Positions 1-10,222 are shown, counted from the first letter of the stretch. The stretch: 37,544 nt of DNA from Sulfurimonas sp. (GCF_032250635.1 NZ_JAVVFL010000001.1:1-37544); one strand, 5' to 3'. The notes: a model not told the origin generated them from the letters alone. A program made the numbers and translations.

Positions 1-641
1 GTCTCCCACAGATCTTTAAAAACTTCACTCGGGGTCTCTTCGTGGCGAACTATATTGTGGGGTTTTCCAAGAACTTCCTCTTTTGAATATCCGGAGAGTT
101 TACAGAAGTTGTCGTTTGCGTATGTAATAATTCCGCTTTTATCTGAACGAGTAAGTATGGAGCTGGCATCTATGGCATCTTGATAGCTATTTAAAACAGA
201 GTTATTCTCTTTTAGAAGTTTTGTTTTTTCGTCAAGTTCTCTCTCTAGCCACTGTTTATACTCCACTCTCTCAGTTATATCTCTCACTACGGCAATATTG
301 TACATGGAGCCATCAACCTGCACAATTTTTACATTTGCTTCAAGCGGTATCTCTCTTTTATCTTTTGTTAAGAGTATCGCATAGTCGAGCATCGATTTCT
401 TCTCTTTAAGCTCTTCTATATGCTCTTTAAACTCTTTTGATTCATGGGTCGGCTTTCTAAAATTTTCAATCCCTATTTTGTTCATCTCTTCAAGAGTGTA
501 ACCGCTCTTTTCTATAGCCGCTTTATTGACATATACTATCTCTGCTTTATCGTCTTGGAGTTTAAAAACAAAGAGCATATCGTTTGAGTTATCTAGCAGA
601 TCCGAAAAAAGAGTTGCGCAATTTTTTTGAAATTTTTGCAT
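1..641 (-). CDS. PAS-domain sensor protein (two PAS domains; C-terminus runs off the window)
   Basis: Not in the ORF track. Manual translation from ATG at 641 stays open to position 1: MQKFQKNCATLFSDLLDNSNDMLFVF...IVYVNKAAIEKSGYTLEEM...IAVVRDITER...SDKSGIITYANDNFCKLSGYSKEEVLGKPHNIVRH, which are typical PAS/PAC motifs. Confidence 0.85.
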   Translation of the reverse strand, partial: MQKFQKNCATLFSDLLDNSNDMLFVFKLQDDKAEIVYVNKAAIEKSGYTLEEMNKIGIENFRKPTHESKEFKEHIEELKEKKSMLDYAILLTKDKREIPLEANVKIVQVDGSMYNIAVVRDITERVEYKQWLERELDEKTKLLKENNSVLNSYQDAIDASSILTRSDKSGIITYANDNFCKLSGYSKEEVLGKPHNIVRHEETPSEVFKDLWE

Positions 642-661
642 GGACGCTTTTGCCTTTTTTC

Positions 662-1426
662 TTATTTTGATAATTCAATCGCTTTTTTATATGCCTGTTC
701 AATAGCATTCATACATGAAGCTCTTACGTTTCCATCCTCAAGAGCCCCGTAGCCCGCTGCAGTTGTTCCGCCGGGGCTCATGACAGCGTCTTTTAAGAGA
801 GCCGGATGAACATCTTGTATAAGCTCTCCAAATCCTGCAAAAAGACCGCGCATCGTAGCCATGGCATCGGCTCTTTTCATCCCCTGTTTTACCGCTCCAT
901 CAGTTAAAGCTTCGGCAATAAGTGTAAGATATGCAGGACCGCTCCCTGCTAATCCTGTTGCGATGTCAAGCTCTTTTTCGCTTCCAAGCCAAAGAGTCTC
1001 CCCGATTGCGCCAAGCAGCTCTTTCGCTTCATCTTTGTATGACTCATCTCCCGTTAGCGTTGTCATGGATCTGCCTACGCTTGCAGCGAGGTTTGGCATG
1101 CTTCTTACAACGGCGTGAGGGTTGAGATTTTGTTTTATCTTTTGCACAGTTGTTCCTGCAAGAACAGAGTAGATGACTTTTGCCCTGCCTGTTATTCTAG
1201 CGGCAATCTCCTCTACATTTGCGGGTTTAACGCATAATATAATCGTCTTACCCTCTATATCAGAATCATCCATTAAAATTTTTTCTATTTTAACGCCCAC
1301 TTCATTTTCAAACGTGTTTAATTTTTCTAAATTTCTGCCTATTACTTCGAGGTTATACTTCTCTCTTAGTCCCTTTGCAATGCTTAGAGCCATATTTCCG
1401 TTGCCGATGAAAGTGATAGTCTTCAT
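662..1426 (-). CDS. proC: pyrroline-5-carboxylate reductase
   Basis: N-terminal IGNGNMA Rossmann motif, plus VKP, RSMPN, GSGPAY and SPGGTT motifs. Confidence 0.96.
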   Translation of the reverse strand: MKTITFIGNGNMALSIAKGLREKYNLEVIGRNLEKLNTFENEVGVKIEKILMDDSDIEGKTIILCVKPANVEEIAARITGRAKVIYSVLAGTTVQKIKQNLNPHAVVRSMPNLAASVGRSMTTLTGDESYKDEAKELLGAIGETLWLGSEKELDIATGLAGSGPAYLTLIAEALTDGAVKQGMKRADAMATMRGLFAGFGELIQDVHPALLKDAVMSPGGTTAAGYGALEDGNVRASCMNAIEQAYKKAIELSK

Positions 1427-1488
1427 AAAGTGCCTTTATTTTTTTATGGTAGTATAGCATTAACATATAAAATATAAAAGGAGAGATA

Positions 1489-2721
1489 ATGGAACAATTT
1501 TTAGCAGAGGCAAAACAAGCGAGCAGGGTGTTAAGTACTCTAAGCGGGGCGAAAAAAAATAGAATTTTGAGAGAGATGGCAAAAGGACTGAGAGCAAATA
1601 CGATGGAGCTCATCGAAGCAAATGCGAAAGATATGTCTGATGGCAAAAAGAATGAGCTCTCATCCGCATTGATGGACAGACTCTATCTGGACGAGAAGCG
1701 TATTGATGCTATGGCAGTAGCAATAGAGGATATAGCGGCACTTAAAGAGCCTGTAGGACGCGTTCTTGATGGCTGGGTAACTGAGGATGGATTAAAGATA
1801 GAAAAGGTCTCTATCCCTATCGGGGTTATTGGAATCATCTACGAATCTAGACCAAATGTTACAAGCGATACTGCAGCACTCTGTTTTAAAAGCTCAAATG
1901 TCTGTGTTTTAAAGGGCGGAAAAGAGGCTGAGAACTCAAATAACGCAATCGCGAAGATACTTCAGAGCGTTTTAGAGAGAAACAACCTTCCAAAATCACT
2001 CGTATCACTTATTCCCGACTCCTCAAGAGAGGGAGTTGCCAAACTTATTAAGATGGATAAATATGTTGATCTTATCATTCCTCGCGGCGGGGCAGGGCTT
2101 ATAAAGTATGTGAGTGAAAATGCAACGGTAAGTGTTGTCAAACACGATAAAGGGCAGTGCCACACATATATAGACAAAGATGCTATTATGGAGGATGCTA
2201 TCAAAATTGCCATCAATGCAAAAGTTCAAAGACCGGGCGTTTGTAATGCCATGGAGACGCTTCTAGTCGATAGTGCCGTGGCAAAAGAGGCACTGCCGCT
2301 CTTAAAAGTAGAGTTTGACAAAGCTAATACCGAGTTAAAAGGGTGTAAGCGGACTCAGGCGATTATAGATGTGGCAAATGCGACTGATGAGGATTACGAT
2401 ACAGAGTATCTTGCAAATATACTAAACATCAAAGTAGTAGATGGTGTTGAGGGTGCGATTGAGCATATTGTAAGATTCTCTTCAGGGCACTCTGAGGCAA
2501 TTATCACTCAGAACGTAACCGCTGCGGAGGAGTTTTTAAATGCTATTGATGCGGCAGCCGTTTATCTCAATGCTTCAACAAGATTTACAGATGGCGGATC
2601 ATTTGGCTTTGGTGCAGAGGTCGGTATTAGTACAAACAAACTTCACGCACGTGGTCCAATGGGAATCGAGGGACTTACAACATATAAGTTTAAAATATAC
2701 GGAAGCGGACAAATAAGATAA
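1489..2721 (+). CDS. proA: gamma-glutamyl phosphate reductase
   Basis: PIGVIGIIYESRPNVT, IIPRGG, catalytic VCNAMETLL and GISTNKLHARGPMG motifs; AGGAG RBS upstream. Confidence 0.97.
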   Translation: MEQFLAEAKQASRVLSTLSGAKKNRILREMAKGLRANTMELIEANAKDMSDGKKNELSSALMDRLYLDEKRIDAMAVAIEDIAALKEPVGRVLDGWVTEDGLKIEKVSIPIGVIGIIYESRPNVTSDTAALCFKSSNVCVLKGGKEAENSNNAIAKILQSVLERNNLPKSLVSLIPDSSREGVAKLIKMDKYVDLIIPRGGAGLIKYVSENATVSVVKHDKGQCHTYIDKDAIMEDAIKIAINAKVQRPGVCNAMETLLVDSAVAKEALPLLKVEFDKANTELKGCKRTQAIIDVANATDEDYDTEYLANILNIKVVDGVEGAIEHIVRFSSGHSEAIITQNVTAAEEFLNAIDAAAVYLNASTRFTDGGSFGFGAEVGISTNKLHARGPMGIEGLTTYKFKIYGSGQIR

Positions 2722-2735
2722 ATACGGCTTCATTG

Positions 2736-2749
2736 TTGATACAAATCAA
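2736..2749 (+). promoter_or_regulatory. FNR/Dnr/Nss-type (Crp/Fnr family) binding site
   Basis: Perfect TTGAT-acaa-ATCAA (extends to gTTGAT..ATCAAc). TATAAT at 2772-2777 places the box centre about 41-42 bp before the expected start site. Confidence 0.8.
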
Positions 2750-2806
2750 CGCTATAACTTTATATATTAAATATAATTTACCCATATAAATTAATAAGGA
2801 GTTTAA

Positions 2807-3148
2807 ATGTCACTTATTCCAAATGATGCTTCAAAAATAGAAGTTACCGGTGCGACGGTAGATTTTTATAAAGTAGAGAAAGATGGTGAGAGTACTTACT
2901 ATTTTGATACCTCAAAATGCGGTCCGCCAGATCCAATGGTAAACGCTGTGTGCGGATTGAAGCTTATAAAAGGAACAGATGATAAGTTGGTTATGATTAA
3001 CCACAAAACGCCTGGAGGACTCTTCTCAAAACTAGGTGATGATGTCTCATATGAGACACAAGAGACTCCTGAGGGGTTAGTAAAAATAGTTTTCACAAGC
3101 AACAGCTCATCTAGCGCAGCAACCGACCTTGAAAATATAAGTCACTAA
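2807..3148 (+). CDS. small TusA/DUF2249-like protein
   Basis: AGGAG RBS; FDTSKCGPPDPMVNA and LVMINHKTPGGL resemble the TusA-like/DUF2249 signature (D..xxPPxP). Confidence 0.6.
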   Translation: MSLIPNDASKIEVTGATVDFYKVEKDGESTYYFDTSKCGPPDPMVNAVCGLKLIKGTDDKLVMINHKTPGGLFSKLGDDVSYETQETPEGLVKIVFTSNSSSSAATDLENISH

Positions 3149-3155
3149 CAGTTAT

Positions 3156-4391
3156 ATGTTCTCAGTATCACAAGACTTTGCCCCTCCATTTAAACTTATC
3201 TCTCCTTTTTTTATATTGGGGAGTCTGTTTTATCTGCTATCGGTTATATTTCTCTTTTTCTTCTCTGTAGATAATCTGTCAATGTTAGATACAAAAATAT
3301 TAAGTTTTGTCCATCTCTTTTTGCTCGGTTTTGTTATGATGACAATTTTCGGTGCAATGGCGCAGTTAGTGCCAGTTGTGCTTGAGGTTGGGCACTTTGG
3401 GGTTGAACTCTTCTATGCGATATGGCCTCTGCTTGGCATAGGTACAATAATGATGGCGTTTGGGTTTGTAGGCTATCCGACACTTCTGCCTTTTGGCGGG
3501 ACGGTTGTTTTAATAGCCATGATGATATTTGTTATGGAGATATTTCTAACGATAAAAAAGGTCAAAAAGTTTAATCTTGTCATTAGCAGTATGCTTATGG
3601 CAAATATATTTCTCTTTTTTGGAGTCATATTTGGTCTTGTGATGGCTCTTGGATACGCAGGAATGGTAAATATTGATATAAATGCACTGCTCAAAGGGCA
3701 TGTGTTTTTAGTGATTGTCGGATACATAGTAGTTACTATAATGGGGCTCTCAGTCGTGCTGCTTCCTATGTTTGGACTCTCTCACGGTTTTAGTAAAAAG
3801 CCTCTTGAGATCTCTGTAGCACTTGTGAGCATCGCTGTAATTTGCGTTGTGCTCTCATCACTAAGTGGAGCTGCACTCCTTGGTTACGGAGGCTACACAT
3901 TGGCATCCGTAGGATTGCTGATATACTTTTACTTTATATATACTATACACAAAACTAGAGCAAGAAAAGAGATTGATATTTACGCAAAATCTCTTCTATT
4001 TGCATATTTTTCTCTGATTACATCGCTGGCATTGGCATTAGTATATTTAGGTATCAGCTATGAACCGCTGCTCTTAGCATCTGCATGGATGATGTTTTTT
4101 GGTTTTTTTGCTTTTGTTATCACGGGGCATATGTATAAAATCATTCCGTTTCTTGTCTGGTTTGAGAGGTTTTCCCCACTTGTAGGAAAGCAAAAGGTAC
4201 CGATGTTGGCAGATATGCTTCCTACAAAGAGCGCTTCTGCTCAGCTTCTGTTTGGCGCTCTTGGTGTTATTGTGATAGCGGCAGCTATTTTACTTCAAGA
4301 GGGAGTTCTCTTAAAAGCCGGAGCATCATTCTTACTGATGGGTGCTTTAGCTCTGGTAAGAAACGTCTTTTATATGATCAATTATAAATAA
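3156..4391 (+). CDS. multi-pass membrane protein (about 12 TM; NnrS/heme-copper oxidase subunit I-like repeat pattern)
   Basis: Very hydrophobic, with three related units: HLFLLGFVMMTIFGAMAQLVPV, HVFLVIVGYIVVTIMGLSVVLLPM and MMFFGFFAFVITGHMYKIIPF. Confidence 0.6.
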   Translation: MFSVSQDFAPPFKLISPFFILGSLFYLLSVIFLFFFSVDNLSMLDTKILSFVHLFLLGFVMMTIFGAMAQLVPVVLEVGHFGVELFYAIWPLLGIGTIMMAFGFVGYPTLLPFGGTVVLIAMMIFVMEIFLTIKKVKKFNLVISSMLMANIFLFFGVIFGLVMALGYAGMVNIDINALLKGHVFLVIVGYIVVTIMGLSVVLLPMFGLSHGFSKKPLEISVALVSIAVICVVLSSLSGAALLGYGGYTLASVGLLIYFYFIYTIHKTRARKEIDIYAKSLLFAYFSLITSLALALVYLGISYEPLLLASAWMMFFGFFAFVITGHMYKIIPFLVWFERFSPLVGKQKVPMLADMLPTKSASAQLLFGALGVIVIAAAILLQEGVLLKAGASFLLMGALALVRNVFYMINYK

Positions 4392-4404
4392 AAGGATAAA
4401 AAAA

Positions 4405-4704
4405 ATGTATACAAAAGAAGAACTATTTTTAGCAATATCGACAGTCATAGACCCTGAGGTCGGTTTTAACCTTGTAGAGATGGGGCTTATTTATGACGCT
4501 TCATGTGATGAAGATGGAAATGCGTATGTAAAGATGACTCTCTCTACAAAAGCGTGCCCTATGCATCAGCTTATCCAGCAGTGGGTAAAAGAGGCTGTGA
4601 AGAAGATGGCAGGGATAAAGAGTGTAGAGATCGATTTAGTTTGGGAGCCAGAGTGGAATATCACTATGGCTGATGAGCATGTAAAAAAAGCTCTAAGCCG
4701 CTAA
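4405..4704 (+). CDS. metal-sulfur cluster assembly factor (DUF59/SufT/PaaD family)
   Basis: VIDPEVGFNLVEMGLIY, MTLSTKACP and LVWEPEW motifs. Confidence 0.9.
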   Translation: MYTKEELFLAISTVIDPEVGFNLVEMGLIYDASCDEDGNAYVKMTLSTKACPMHQLIQQWVKEAVKKMAGIKSVEIDLVWEPEWNITMADEHVKKALSR

Positions 4705-5799
4705 TGTATACTCTTTGATAGCTTCGCAAACTTTTTCAATAGACCTCTTGTAATTCTTCAAGTTGCTTACATAGGTTAAGTCTAGAGGGTTGGCGATACT
4801 ATTTTTTAGTTCAAGCGCGATTTCATGCAGATTGTCCGCACCGATGTTTGCCGCTACACCCGATATATCTAGGAGCAGTTTATCGGCATCTATGCCGTTT
4901 GTCCCATTTATATGCGATTGAAGCGTCTCTGCAGAGTTGGAGTATTTTGATAGAAAATCATTGAGTATTTCAAGGTAGAACTCTTTGTCTCCCCCGCATA
5001 TCTCTAAACCCTTATTCGTGTCAAATTCGGCACTCTCTTGAGATGGTTTAGGAGTTTGTTGTGACTCCTCACCAGTTGTATAAATATATAAAATATCATA
5101 TAGCGCATCCATTTTAAGAGGTTTTTCCAGATGCGCTTCCATACCTACATTTAGCATATTTCTAACATCGTCTGCCGCAGTATCGCCGCTGAGCGCCACA
5201 ATTGGAATATGCACATAGTTTGGATTTTTTCTAATGAGTCTTGTTGCTTGATAGCCGTCTATTATCGGCATATGGGCATCCATGAAAATTACTGCAAAAT
5301 CTCTGTCATTTTCTAAGATATTTAACGCTTCTTGACCATCGTTTGCAATAGTAATATCTATGCCGGAGGTGGACAAGAGCCCGGCTATAACTTTTTGATT
5401 TATTATATTGTCTTCGGCGATGAGTATTCTTGTACCTTTAAAATCGGCAAAGTCATCTTTTGTAATTTTATCATGTGGAAGAAGCTCTCGTTTTTTTCTA
5501 TTTACACGGATTGGAGCAGCAGTCTCAATAGGAGCTGTTTCTATCTCCTGCGCACTGGGTTGTTCCTCTTTATATTCAGGTTGCTCTTCTTTTGTTGTTA
5601 CGGAAGGTTCAGGCTCTTTTTTGTCGCTTTTTGCAACCTCCTTATCCTCCTCCTTGGCTAATGCAGCTGCTTTGTTTTTTGAAATATTTAAGAGAACAAC
5701 TATTATTACAAGAGTTGCTACGACAATTAATCCTATTAGTTCTATATAATATTGACTTATTATTGTTTGCATATTTAGAGCTCTTTTTTTCTTTATCAT
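4693..5799 (-). CDS. membrane-anchored response-regulator receiver protein with C-terminal Hpt-like domain
   Basis: N-terminal TM helix, charged linker, REC motifs (ILIAEDN, FMDAHMP, ALSG, KP) and Hpt-like GLEICGGDKEFYLEIL...GVAANIGA. The true start may be the second Met. Confidence 0.85.
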   Translation of the reverse strand: MIKKKRALNMQTIISQYYIELIGLIVVATLVIIVVLLNISKNKAAALAKEEDKEVAKSDKKEPEPSVTTKEEQPEYKEEQPSAQEIETAPIETAAPIRVNRKKRELLPHDKITKDDFADFKGTRILIAEDNIINQKVIAGLLSTSGIDITIANDGQEALNILENDRDFAVIFMDAHMPIIDGYQATRLIRKNPNYVHIPIVALSGDTAADDVRNMLNVGMEAHLEKPLKMDALYDILYIYTTGEESQQTPKPSQESAEFDTNKGLEICGGDKEFYLEILNDFLSKYSNSAETLQSHINGTNGIDADKLLLDISGVAANIGADNLHEIALELKNSIANPLDLTYVSNLKNYKRSIEKVCEAIKEYTLAA

Positions 5800-5865
5800 A
5801 CTGTAATAAAAATTAAACTTTACAAAGTTAATGTATAATTGTAGTAAAAATTATATAGGTCTTGA

Positions 5866-6795
5866 ATGCAAATTATTCCACATGTTCCGGTTTTATACGC
5901 GCAGGTACTAGAAGCCTTCAGTGATATCGAAAATGGGGTGATTATAGACTGTACGATGGGGTATGGCGGGCACTCTTCGATGATACTTGAAGCAAATCCC
6001 AATATCAAGCTTATTGCAATAGACCAAGACCAGACTGCAATCGATTTTTCAACTTCAAGACTAGAGCCTTATAAAGAGAGAGTCGAGATAAAAAAAGGGC
6101 GCTTCTCCACCGTCATCAAAGAGATTCTTAAAGAGCATGATATTAAAGAAATCAGAGGTGTTTTGGCGGACATTGGAGTCTCATCTTTGCAGCTTGACCA
6201 AAAAGAGAGAGGCTTCTCTTTTTCTAGCGATAACCTTGACATGAGAATGGACACGGATGCGCAACTGAGTGCGGCAGAGGTCGTAAACGAGTACTCTCAA
6301 GCTGATCTTGAGAGAATTTTGCTTGAGTATGGGGAACTTAGAAACTATAAAAAAATAGCCTCTTTTATTGTAAGCAATCGCCCATTCTCATCCGCAAAAG
6401 AGTTGAGCGAAGCCCTGAAACATCTTATGCCAACGGGAAAAAAGATTCACCCGGCAACACTTCTCATGCAGGCTATTCGCATAGAGGTAAACAACGAACT
6501 AGGCGAGCTAAACTCCCTTTTAGACACAATAGAAGAGGCAAAATTTCCGAATGCAAAAATAGCGATTATCTCCTTTCACTCGTTAGAGGACAGAATGGTC
6601 AAAAACAGCTTTGTGCGCTGGAGAGAGAGCTGTATCTGCCCAAAAGAGGCGATGAGATGTACATGCAGCAATGATTACTCATACGGCAAAATTTTAACCA
6701 AAAAACCTATTACGGCAGAAGATGATGAGCTAAAGGCAAATCCTAGAAGCAGAAGCGCAAAACTAAGAGTATTTCAGACGGATAGCAAAGCATGA
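5866..6795 (+). CDS. rsmH: 16S rRNA m4C1402 methyltransferase
   Basis: HVPVL, DCTMGYGGHS, DIGVSSLQLD, LDMRM, ISFHSLEDR and NPRSRSAKLR motifs. Confidence 0.97.
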   Translation: MQIIPHVPVLYAQVLEAFSDIENGVIIDCTMGYGGHSSMILEANPNIKLIAIDQDQTAIDFSTSRLEPYKERVEIKKGRFSTVIKEILKEHDIKEIRGVLADIGVSSLQLDQKERGFSFSSDNLDMRMDTDAQLSAAEVVNEYSQADLERILLEYGELRNYKKIASFIVSNRPFSSAKELSEALKHLMPTGKKIHPATLLMQAIRIEVNNELGELNSLLDTIEEAKFPNAKIAIISFHSLEDRMVKNSFVRWRESCICPKEAMRCTCSNDYSYGKILTKKPITAEDDELKANPRSRSAKLRVFQTDSKA

Positions 6796-7070
6796 GTGAG
6801 AAAACAGAGCTTTTAAATGAAGTAGATTTAGTTCTCAATCCAAAAAAAGGCGTCGATGTAAACCACCTTCTGTATGTTCTGCTTGGCATAACATTTGTCT
6901 CTGTTGTGCTCTTTCCTAAAATATATATTCAGCAGCAGATTTACTTTAAAAGTAGGGATATATCAAAACTAAAAAGCGAGTATGATACGCTAAAAGAGGA
7001 GAACAGGCTTATAAAAGGCTCTGTTGAATCTATTAGATTTAAAAATCAAGTACTTGATACTATATTTTAA
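6792..7070 (+). CDS. FtsL-like cell-division protein
   Basis: Single TM followed by a short coiled coil; overlaps the rsmH stop (ATGA), which is the usual ftsL position. Confidence 0.6.
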   Translation: MSEKTELLNEVDLVLNPKKGVDVNHLLYVLLGITFVSVVLFPKIYIQQQIYFKSRDISKLKSEYDTLKEENRLIKGSVESIRFKNQVLDTIF

Positions 7071-7079
7071 AGAGGTTCG

Positions 7080-10000
7080 ATGATTCGACGTTTTTTAGAG
7101 TTTGCAATAGATAAACCGCTGCTCAACCATATTTTACTCACATTTATTTTTGTTCTCTCCATATTTGCATATGTCAATATCCCAAAAGAGATATTTCCTC
7201 CTATGAACATGGATAAAGTTACCATAGCTGGTGGATACGTCGGGACTTCTGCCGATGTGCTTGACAAGATGGTCGTTAAAACCATAGAGGATGAGCTTCA
7301 AAACATTAGTGAACTTGACATTATAAAAACGACCATTAAAAACGGCTCTTTTTCTATCATAGCGGACATAAAACCGGGTTCTGACAATGCGAATGTTTTA
7401 AATGACGTAAAAGATATAGTAAGCAGTGTAAAAAAAGATCTGCCCTCGGACATGGCAGAGCCGATTGCAAAGATACAGCTGCATAACTTTCCTCTCGCAC
7501 TTGTGGCACTGGCGGGCGATAGACCAAAAGAGGAGCTACTGCAAAGAGCGGAGGAGTTAAAGAGCGAACTGAGCAAACTTAAAGAGCTTAGCGAGATCAC
7601 TATCCGCGGCGATGCCGAAGAAGAGCTTGTCATAAAGATTAACGAGCAAAAAGTTTTGGCGTTTGGTCTGCAGCCTGCTTTGGCGGTAGAAGCGTTAAGA
7701 AACATAAGCTCTATTTTTCCCATAGGAACCATTAAAGACAGAGGTTCTCATCTTTACATCTCAACCTATAACGGAGAGAAAAATAAAGTAGATATTGAGA
7801 GCACAGTCATAAACGTAGGCGGTTCCAGAGTTCTAATAGGCGACATTGCGGATGTCTCTTTTAGACTTAGCGATGAGACGGAGCTTTCACACTACAATGG
7901 TGTGAGAAATATATCCATAAACGTCGCAAAAGCAAAAGAGGGAAATGCGATAGAGCTTGTGAAGAAGGTTAGAGCCCTTTTAAAGGAGAGCCAAAAGCTT
8001 CATCCTGAGCTTCAGTATGAGATATACGCGGATACTTCTGTGTGGATTAAAAATCGTTTAAATACCGTTTTTGCAAATATAACTTTTGGACTTATGCTTG
8101 TCTTTTTGGCGATGCTTATCTTTATAAACCGCGGCATAGCATTTGTTGTTGCCATCGGAATCCCTCTGAGTTTTATGATAGGGCTTATAGCCACCGAGAT
8201 TATGGGAGACAGCTTAAATATGCTCTCACTTTTAGGGGCACTCATAGCTCTTGGGATGCTGGTTGATGAAGCCATAGTCGTTGCCGAGAATATCTACAGG
8301 CACCTAGAGGAGGGGATGGACAGAAGAGAAGCGGCAATAGTCGGAGCGCAGGAGATGTTTCCGGCAGTTTTAACCGCTACTCTTACAACCGTTTTTGCAT
8401 TTTTACCTATGCTTCTGCTTAGCGGCGAGATGGGAATGTTTATAAAAATTATTCCTATCATGATAACCGTGCTGCTCCTCTCATCACTCTTTGAGGCGTT
8501 TTACTTCCTGCCGCTTCACGCGCACGACTTTTTAAAAGTATCGCACAGTGATAGTTCTACGAGAAAAATCTGGAAAAAACTCACCTCTTGGCATAATGCT
8601 GCATTGCATTTTGTTTTTAAAAAGAGATGGATTTCGCTCATAGTTATGGTTGTGACTATCTTATCTTTAACAGCCGTTATGATTAAAAACTCCAAATTTC
8701 AACTCTTCCCTGATTTTGACACCACGCAGGTCTACGTCTATGGAAAGGTAAATGTAAACAACGAGCTTGAAGATACAGAGGCTATTGTAACAGAGCTTGA
8801 GAGAGAGCTTTTGAAAAATATAAAAGGGGATGATATCTCCTCAATCACATCGGTAATCGGTTTTAAACTTGATGCCAAAAATATGGTTGAGACGGGGGAG
8901 CATCTTTTTCATATCTTTATAGATTTGAGTGAACGCGCCGCCGACAATGCTTTTGATGAGTATATTAGCCCATATCTCTCTATTGAGTACGATAAAGATA
9001 TCTTAAAAAGAGAGAGAGACGCAAGAGAGATTGCAAAAGATGTTGAGAGAGTCGTGGAGCCGTTTAGAACTCTTAAAGAGAGAGGAAACATTACCTATGA
9101 AGAGCTTGTCGTAAAGGTTCCGGGAGCCGGTGTTGTTGCCTCAGATGTTGAGATAAGCTTAAGTGCAAACGATGAGCAAAAAACAGTGCAGGGCATAAAA
9201 GAGCTTGAAGACGCACTTAGAGCGATAGAGGGCGTGAGCAATATCTCAAACGATGCAACGCTTGGCGAAAAAGAGCTGAAACTTCGCGTAAACGAGTATG
9301 GACAGCAGCTTGGCTTCAATGAGGAACAGATATCAAAAGAGCTTAGAGCGTACTACCTCAAAGGCGAGTACGGCAAGATGTTTAACGAGAGCGGACTTGT
9401 TCGCATAAAGATAGAGAGCGGCGTAAATGAGCAGATAAACTCCATAGACAGCATAGAGGTCAAGGTTCCCTCCAGCGATACTTTTGTTTTGCTAAAAGAT
9501 GTTTGTGATTTTATAATGACACAAGGATTTGTAGCTCTTCAAAAAGAGAACGGAGCAAGGATAAGAACGGTAGTTGCGTCCATAGATAAGAAGATTATCA
9601 CATCTGCTGAGGTCATGAAAAAACTTGAACCTACATTCTCGAAATTAAATAGTGATGGCTACAAACTTGATATAAAGGGAGAGGAGAAGGAAAACGCAAA
9701 AAACAAAAGAGAGCTGATGCAGTCAGCACTTATAGCAATCTTTTTGATTTTTATAACTCTTGTTTGGCTCTTTGACTCCATTAAAAAATCCCTCATCGTC
9801 ATAAGCACAATACCGCTCGTTCTGCTTGGCGTATTCTTCGGTCACATGGTCATGGGAATAAACCTAACAATGCCCGGAATGATAGGGGTAGTAGGACTCG
9901 CGGGCGTTGTCGTTAATGACGGACTTATTGTAGTGAATTTCATAAAAAATGCAACAAATACAGAAGAGCTTATGAAGCAGGCACAAACAAGATTAAGACC

Positions 10001-10214
10001 GATTTTACTGACATCGCTTACAACGGTTCTTGGACTATCAACACTTATATTTTTTGCTTCAGGGCAAGCCATGATACTCCAACCAATGGCAATATCCCTA
10101 GGTTTTGGAATAGCATGGGCAACTGTTTTAAACCTGATTTATGTACCGCTTCTATATGCAGTAGTTTTTAAAATCAAAGATGCACAGATATCAGAAAAAT
10201 CTAAGGTGGTCTAA
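7080..10214 (+). CDS. RND-family (AcrB/D/F) efflux transporter
   Basis: 1044 aa with two TM clusters; GMLVDEAIVVAENIYR, GVVVNDGL and RLRPILLTSLTT motifs. Confidence 0.95.
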   Translation: MIRRFLEFAIDKPLLNHILLTFIFVLSIFAYVNIPKEIFPPMNMDKVTIAGGYVGTSADVLDKMVVKTIEDELQNISELDIIKTTIKNGSFSIIADIKPGSDNANVLNDVKDIVSSVKKDLPSDMAEPIAKIQLHNFPLALVALAGDRPKEELLQRAEELKSELSKLKELSEITIRGDAEEELVIKINEQKVLAFGLQPALAVEALRNISSIFPIGTIKDRGSHLYISTYNGEKNKVDIESTVINVGGSRVLIGDIADVSFRLSDETELSHYNGVRNISINVAKAKEGNAIELVKKVRALLKESQKLHPELQYEIYADTSVWIKNRLNTVFANITFGLMLVFLAMLIFINRGIAFVVAIGIPLSFMIGLIATEIMGDSLNMLSLLGALIALGMLVDEAIVVAENIYRHLEEGMDRREAAIVGAQEMFPAVLTATLTTVFAFLPMLLLSGEMGMFIKIIPIMITVLLLSSLFEAFYFLPLHAHDFLKVSHSDSSTRKIWKKLTSWHNAALHFVFKKRWISLIVMVVTILSLTAVMIKNSKFQLFPDFDTTQVYVYGKVNVNNELEDTEAIVTELERELLKNIKGDDISSITSVIGFKLDAKNMVETGEHLFHIFIDLSERAADNAFDEYISPYLSIEYDKDILKRERDAREIAKDVERVVEPFRTLKERGNITYEELVVKVPGAGVVASDVEISLSANDEQKTVQGIKELEDALRAIEGVSNISNDATLGEKELKLRVNEYGQQLGFNEEQISKELRAYYLKGEYGKMFNESGLVRIKIESGVNEQINSIDSIEVKVPSSDTFVLLKDVCDFIMTQGFVALQKENGARIRTVVASIDKKIITSAEVMKKLEPTFSKLNSDGYKLDIKGEEKENAKNKRELMQSALIAIFLIFITLVWLFDSIKKSLIVISTIPLVLLGVFFGHMVMGINLTMPGMIGVVGLAGVVVNDGLIVVNFIKNATNTEELMKQAQTRLRPILLTSLTTVLGLSTLIFFASGQAMILQPMAISLGFGIAWATVLNLIYVPLLYAVVFKIKDAQISEKSKVV

Positions 10215-10216
10215 AG

Positions 10217-10222
10217 TATAAT
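10217..10222 (+). promoter_or_regulatory. sigma70 -10 box of the host tRNA locus
   Basis: TATAAT directly after the RND stop codon and 36 bp before the tRNA fragment. Confidence 0.65.

Noticed and set aside
221-409. 62-aa plus-strand ORF
   Set aside because: It is a shadow of the minus-strand PAS gene at 1-641.
5866-10214. RND pump without an adjacent adaptor, following rsmH/ftsL
   Set aside because: It looks like ordinary host gene order; partners can be encoded elsewhere and nothing suggests a novel system.
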